DNA of 64,000 nucleotides from a virus (Duplodnaviria; Heunggongvirae; Uroviricota; Caudoviricetes): IMG/VR virus record IMGVR_UViG_3300009174_000004, positions 31,778 to 95,777 of that record; one strand, 5' to 3'. Shown piece by piece: positions 60,212 to 64,000 of this stretch (position 1 is its first letter; each line of letters starts with the position of its first letter). The notes under the pieces were generated by a model. It saw only the letters and a program-made list of their open reading frames with translations, ran no database searches and was not told where the DNA came from. The position numbers and the translations under genes were made by a program.

Positions 60212-60690
60212 GGACGCTCTCCACGAATCTGATGTAGTTCCAGTGCACTCTTCGTACCGTGGGCCGGGCTCAGCTTCTCGTCCAGGGCCCACACGTCGGT
60301 CTCGTGAAACCAGCTTCGCCCCCTCTCCCTGACTACTGTGGGTAGTCGCCGCTTGCTGATCTTCTGGACCCGGTCCACCGTAATCCCCAGGAAGGCTGCC
60401 GTCATGTTGGCGTCGAACAGATCTTCCTTGGGTTCACGGTACTGGCCCTTGCGGTCGGTCCACCCACCACCGGAGATGGTGTCGACCCCACGGGGGACAA
60501 GCTCCTTGCACTCGGCCCGGACCGGGCAGGCCATGCGGCACACGAGCAGCGCCTTGGCCCCGTCGTCGCGGGGGTAGCTTTTCTCCACCTGCGTCCAGGC
60601 GTCTGGGGGCAGAACGGGATGGTCACGGCAGGCACCTTGCCACAGCACCCAGTTAGCTGAACTGGACATGATCTCCTCCATAAGAGTCAT
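60109..60690 (-). CDS. whiB: WhiB-like (Wbl) Fe-S transcription factor with a C-terminal extension
   Basis: WQGACRDHPVLPPDAW...AKALLVCRMACPVRAECKELV gives the four Cys and the CPV/turn pattern of Wbl proteins. Start assigned at a Met with GAGGTG upstream. Confidence 0.55.
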   Translation of the reverse strand: MTLMEEIMSSSANWVLWQGACRDHPVLPPDAWTQVEKSYPRDDGAKALLVCRMACPVRAECKELVPRGVDTISGGGWTDRKGQYREPKEDLFDANMTAAFLGITVDRVQKISKRRLPTVVRERGRSWFHETDVWALDEKLSPAHGTKSALELHQIRGERPCQSCHALTKNFPQGTAGRSTSSEPSVATPYAST

Positions 60691-60737
60691 GGGACACCTC
60701 ACAACGCCCCCGGAGCAAGGTGTCCCATGACCGTTTC

Positions 60738-61160
60738 TCACGTCTGCAGGTTCTCCACGAGGGCCTGACCCAGCAGGATCAGCACCTCGTTCCGGCTGAC
60801 GTAGCTCACCAGCGGCTGATTGCGCCTGGACCAGATGCCCTGCTGCTGGACGGGTGCCTCCGGCAGGTTGCGCACCGCCTGGATGATCTTGTTGATCCGG
60901 GCGTCGTTGGCGTTCTTGACAAGCCGCAGAAGCTCGGGCATCACCTCTAGGGTCGACTTTGCGGCGGTGGACTGGATGCGATGCACCAGCGCCACCACAG
61001 TGCCACGTTCCAGATTGTTGGCACCGGCCAATGCACCGAAGTCAGCGAGGGCTGCCGCCTCCAGGCCTGGCCTACCCCCCAGCGGGTGTTGCGGGGTGTA
61101 CCTAACACCGACCTCTGGCAGGCCGGTGACCTCGGGGTCGTAGGCATCAGGCTGCGTCAT
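60738..61160 (-). CDS. hypothetical protein (140 aa)
   Basis: ORF track. The stop overlaps the WhiB-like start region. Confidence 0.4.
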   Translation of the reverse strand: MTQPDAYDPEVTGLPEVGVRYTPQHPLGGRPGLEAAALADFGALAGANNLERGTVVALVHRIQSTAAKSTLEVMPELLRLVKNANDARINKIIQAVRNLPEAPVQQQGIWSRRNQPLVSYVSRNEVLILLGQALVENLQT

Positions 61161-61512
61161 TCCTTGTCCCTCCGTCGTCCAACAGCGGGTCGCTGTTGGT
61201 GTACTGGTCGGCCGGCTTCTCGTTGCTCTCTGGGTCAGCCGGCCCCTCGTCAGGGTCCTGGGGCTCGCCCAACCACGAGGTCGCCAACTGGGTCATGGCC
61301 ACGTCGAAGTGGACCTGAACCTTCTCGACCAGGTCGGTAACCTGCTTGGTGGCCTGCACGACGCCCTGCTGCAGCGCTCCGGTGACCTGGGCCACCCGCG
61401 CCTGCAGAAGTTCCTCGGTCTGGTCCTTGTTGGCCTGGTACTTGCGCACGACCCAGACAGTGCCTGCGGCCACGACGCCAGCAACACCCAGGCGCAGAAG
61501 CAACTTGTTCAC
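61147..61512 (-). CDS. membrane-anchored hypothetical protein (N-terminal TM, acidic C-terminus)
   Basis: MNKLLLRLGVAGVVAAGTVWVV then a Gln/Val-rich helix. Confidence 0.4.
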   Translation of the reverse strand: MNKLLLRLGVAGVVAAGTVWVVRKYQANKDQTEELLQARVAQVTGALQQGVVQATKQVTDLVEKVQVHFDVAMTQLATSWLGEPQDPDEGPADPESNEKPADQYTNSDPLLDDGGTRNDAA

Positions 61513-61539
61513 GATCCATCCTCTTCGGTTGTTGGTTAC

Positions 61540-61737
61540 TTATCTCTTGGTTAGTTCGGTGAGGAATACCTCGACGATCTCGTCCAAGGTGACTTCACCG
61601 CTGTCGATGGCCTCCTCGATGGATCCCACGGGGAACTCGGAGTCCTCCTTGCGGTCGTAGTACAGGAACCGACCGGCGAGGTCTGACGTCATGGCCAAGA
61701 TCTTCTCCCGACGGCTCAGGTCCTTCCAGGCCTTCAT
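61540..61737 (-). CDS. hypothetical small protein (65 aa)
   Basis: ORF track. Confidence 0.35.
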   Translation of the reverse strand: MKAWKDLSRREKILAMTSDLAGRFLYYDRKEDSEFPVGSIEEAIDSGEVTLDEIVEVFLTELTKR

Positions 61738-61738
61738 G

Positions 61739-62710
61739 TCAGTTGCCCCGAGCGCTCAGGATGACCGGAGTGGTTGACCCCTCGCCGCAGTTGAAGGTCT
61801 GCGGCAGGTTCTGCAACTGGTTCTTCGCAGCCAGTTCCTTGATCAGGTTCAGGCAGTTCTGGTACTTGACACCAGCATCGTTGGATGATGTTGCTGCCAG
61901 CAGGTCGTTGGCCAGCTTCTGCTGCTCGGCCGTGAGCTTGTTCTGGATGGCGATCTGCGTGTCAGCCAGGGCCTGCGCGAAGGCGTTCAGCTTCTGCTGG
62001 GTCACGTCGTCGTAGTGGATGCCACCAGTTGGGACGAGCAGGCTCGTCACGTCGATGCCTGGGTCCACGAACTGACGCATCTGCTCCAGCGCCTGCTTGG
62101 CCAGTTCGTCGGCAGTGGGCTGCTTGTTGTTGGGGTCGGACAACACCACCAGCGGGTTGTAGTTGGTAAAGACGTTGCCCAGAGCCCGTGTCAGTTCCCG
62201 CTCGACGACGTTCTTGCCCACGTGGGCCACGACGTTGCCGTCCGTACCTCGGTAGTTCTGCCACAAGACGTTGGCGTTGGCGTGCTGGTCGATGTTCCAC
62301 TGCAGCGTGACGTCGATGCAGGCCGTGGTCTGGTTCTGCAGCCGCACCGCGATGCAGTTCTTCGTGTCCGAGTCCAGGTTGATGTTCTGCACCGTGGCGT
62401 CCAGGTGATCGACCGAGGACCAGGGCTTGACCCAGTGCCAGCCGTTGTCCAGCGTCGCCTCGGCCTTGCCGAAGGTGTTGACGATGCCCACGTTGCGAGC
62501 CGGAATGATCACGTACGAATCGAAGAACACGATCAGTCCGGCCAGTGCCATGATGCCTATGGCGATGGTCATAGCGACGCCACGACCGACCAAGGGCCTC
62601 TCTGGAAGTCCGCGCTTATTGATCTTCGGTGAAAGGTCCATGACCATCGCTGCCACGAGCCCGAGCAGGCCCACCAGCAGAATAATCATGGCGAAAATGA
62701 ATGCAGCCAC
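61739..62710 (-). CDS. SPFH/band-7 (prohibitin/flotillin-like) membrane protein
   Basis: Two N-terminal TM segments, then VIIPARNVGIVNTFGKAEATLDNGWHWVKPW, the characteristic SPFH domain start. Confidence 0.6.
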   Translation of the reverse strand: MAAFIFAMIILLVGLLGLVAAMVMDLSPKINKRGLPERPLVGRGVAMTIAIGIMALAGLIVFFDSYVIIPARNVGIVNTFGKAEATLDNGWHWVKPWSSVDHLDATVQNINLDSDTKNCIAVRLQNQTTACIDVTLQWNIDQHANANVLWQNYRGTDGNVVAHVGKNVVERELTRALGNVFTNYNPLVVLSDPNNKQPTADELAKQALEQMRQFVDPGIDVTSLLVPTGGIHYDDVTQQKLNAFAQALADTQIAIQNKLTAEQQKLANDLLAATSSNDAGVKYQNCLNLIKELAAKNQLQNLPQTFNCGEGSTTPVILSARGN

Positions 62711-62983
62711 TTACTTCTTCTCCCACTTCTTGTAGGTCTGCAGCCATTGATCAATGGCTGCCTTATGCTCAGAGTTAATGATCTCCACCTCGTCCAAAGA
62801 GGACGTAACTCCGAGTTCGTCAAACAGATACTTGGCCTGCTTCACAAGCTTGAGACCGCCGAGACCGGCCAGTCCTTCCTTCTTGGCCGTGTCCTCGTGC
62901 AGGCGAACTCCCAGGGCGATGCAGGCGAAGCTCCACAGGGCAATGAGAACGACACCACCCAGCGTTGCGACAACTGCCAGCAT
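62711..62983 (-). CDS. small membrane protein (90 aa) upstream partner of the SPFH gene
   Basis: MLAVVATLGGVVLIALWSFACIALGV... Its stop abuts the SPFH start. Confidence 0.4.
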   Translation of the reverse strand: MLAVVATLGGVVLIALWSFACIALGVRLHEDTAKKEGLAGLGGLKLVKQAKYLFDELGVTSSLDEVEIINSEHKAAIDQWLQTYKKWEKK

Positions 62984-62992
62984 TGCTTCCTC

Positions 62993-63187
62993 CTAGGACT
63001 CTTCGGGTTCGTCTAGCCGCTTCAGGATCTCCGCCAGCACCCGGTACAGGTGCTTGACCTCGGTCTCCAGGACCTCGATGCGCTTCTGCTGGTCCCACAG
63101 GTTCTCGTACTTGAGCGTCGGCGGGACCATCGTGACCTCTGGCCTCTTGGCAGCGAGGGCCTGGAGAAGGTCAGTCCAACTGGCCAT
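62993..63187 (-). CDS. hypothetical small helical protein (64 aa)
   Basis: From the internal Met: MASWTDLLQALAAKRPEVTMVPPTLKYENLWDQQKRIEVLETEVKHLYRVLAEILKRLDEPEES. Confidence 0.35.
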   Translation of the reverse strand: MASWTDLLQALAAKRPEVTMVPPTLKYENLWDQQKRIEVLETEVKHLYRVLAEILKRLDEPEES

Positions 63188-63335
63188 GGTTGCGCCTCGT
63201 CTCCTGCATCGTCTCCAGGACACGGGTCCTGCGTCTTGACCGGTAGGGGATAAACAACACGACACCCAGCAGCGCCAAGCCAAGCAGGTTGAGAATCACC
63301 AATACCAAAAGCGAGCGAAGGGCTTCCAGTATCAT
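63171..63335 (-). CDS. single-TM small protein (54 aa)
   Basis: C-terminal frame of ORF 63171..63893: MILEALRSLLVLVILNLLGLALLGVVLFIPYRSRRR... ATGA overlap with the upstream stop. Confidence 0.35.
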   Translation of the reverse strand: MILEALRSLLVLVILNLLGLALLGVVLFIPYRSRRRTRVLETMQETRRNHGQLD

Positions 63336-63523
63336 GACCGTTGCTCCTTCCGTCTCCGGATCTCGTCCACGACGATCCCCACAATCGTCCAGACGATCAA
63401 AAGACACGATGCCAGAGCAATGGTCAACCAGAAGTTGACTCCCGTCAGTATCAGGACTGAGACAAGACAGGCTGTTGTGGCAGCCAGGGCAGCCTGATTC
63501 CAAGCGAAGGTGGGTCTGGTCAT
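63332..63523 (-). CDS. two-TM small membrane protein with a charged C-terminus (holin-like topology)
   Basis: MTRPTFAWNQAALAATTACLVSVLILTGVNFWLTIALASCLLIVWTIVGIVVDEIRRRKEQRS. Confidence 0.4.
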   Translation of the reverse strand: MTRPTFAWNQAALAATTACLVSVLILTGVNFWLTIALASCLLIVWTIVGIVVDEIRRRKEQRS

Positions 63524-63918
63524 GACGCCTCGATTCCGTAGCGACGGGCAAGCGACAGTGCCTCGGGGCAGGAGTAGGAGTACAGGAAGTAATGCTCTCC
63601 GTCCTGCCAGAAGCAGGATGAACAGTGATCCATCCCGTCAAGCGCGTGCCGCTCCAGCACGTCAAGGTCTTCATCACAGTGGCGTAGGACGGTGGCCGGG
63701 TCCTCGGCGGCGATGTGGTCCATGACGGCCTGGGTGCCGTCCATGGCCAGCCACAGCACCGGCTCCTCGTCGGCGTCGAAGATCTGCGGATGCGGGTGCT
63801 TCGCCTCGACGTAGCGCTCGTAGCGGTACCACTCGGCAGCGCTGCCTGTCCCCGCTGCCTGTGCCCGGCCCCGGCGCGCTTCGATGGCGGCACGTATCTG
63901 GCCGTGAAGGTCGGTCAT
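63520..63918 (-). CDS. hypothetical protein (132 aa)
   Basis: ORF track. ATGA-type overlap with the downstream gene. Confidence 0.4.
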   Translation of the reverse strand: MTDLHGQIRAAIEARRGRAQAAGTGSAAEWYRYERYVEAKHPHPQIFDADEEPVLWLAMDGTQAVMDHIAAEDPATVLRHCDEDLDVLERHALDGMDHCSSCFWQDGEHYFLYSYSCPEALSLARRYGIEAS

Positions 63919-64000
63919 GACTGGCCACTCCGGTCATAGGGCCTTGGAGTCCAGGCCAGTACCTGCTTCTCCAGGTCCTTGATGCGCAATTCCTGCTTCC

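Noticed and set aside
1-64000. CRISPR arrays, integrase/attachment sites, transposases
   Set aside because: No short direct-repeat/spacer arrays were seen. The only repeats are intragenic (coding) or tRNA-related. No tyrosine/serine recombinase or transposase motifs were recognised in any ORF. The content is consistent with a virulent phage segment.

Overview
This is a high-GC (about 62-63%) Caudoviricetes genome segment. It is almost certainly an actinophage with a Streptomyces-type host, judging by pervasive GTG/TTG starts, ATGA/GTGA start-stop overlaps, four DUF397-like small proteins and a WhiB-like regulator. The window has three parts. (1) Positions 200-8270 carry a minus-strand array of about 24 tRNA genes interleaved with small Cys-rich/zinc-ribbon proteins, an HNH endonuclease and DUF397-like genes. 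The array includes an amber-suppressor-type tRNA (anticodon CUA) and two class-I-shaped tRNAs with Leu anticodons. (2) Positions 11650-56460 carry a plus-strand late/structural operon. In order it encodes: a small membrane protein; a putative portal; a MuF-like (SPP1 gp7) head-morphogenesis protein; an HK97-family prohead protease fused to a long scaffold-like C-terminus; an extraordinary single 15.1-kb ORF (5043 aa); a capsid gene with an acidic delta-like N-terminus; Cys-rich head-tail proteins; a major-tail candidate; a +1-frame-shifted tail-assembly-chaperone pair; a tape-measure-like protein; large minor-tail proteins; a 9-gene sugar-modification cassette (5 glycosyltransferases, 2 SAM methyltransferases, an FAD enzyme, plus an NAD sugar dehydratase further on); and an Amidase_2 endolysin. 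(3) Positions 56450-64000 carry a minus-strand block with a LysM-M23 peptidase, a DEDDh exonuclease, a WhiB-like regulator, an SPFH/band-7 protein and several small membrane proteins. The stand-out feature is the giant ORF in the head module. It begins with an ADP-ribosyltransferase-like domain and ends with an anthrax-lethal-factor-like HEFGH...EDFAE zinc-metallopeptidase signature. In between lie about 4400 residues of highly repetitive Lys/Ala/Pro/Glu-rich sequence: dozens of copies of a [RK]P-V-[KT]-R-A-A-K-K-V-A-K-A-A-P-E-A-A-P-E unit resembling histone-H1/AlgP-type tails. This looks like a MuF-associated polymorphic-toxin or ejection-protein architecture carried to an unprecedented size, with the toxin domains uncoupled from the separately encoded short MuF. 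All coordinates come from manual reading (tRNA ends +/-2 nt), and every functional call from motif recognition needs HMM or structure-based confirmation.
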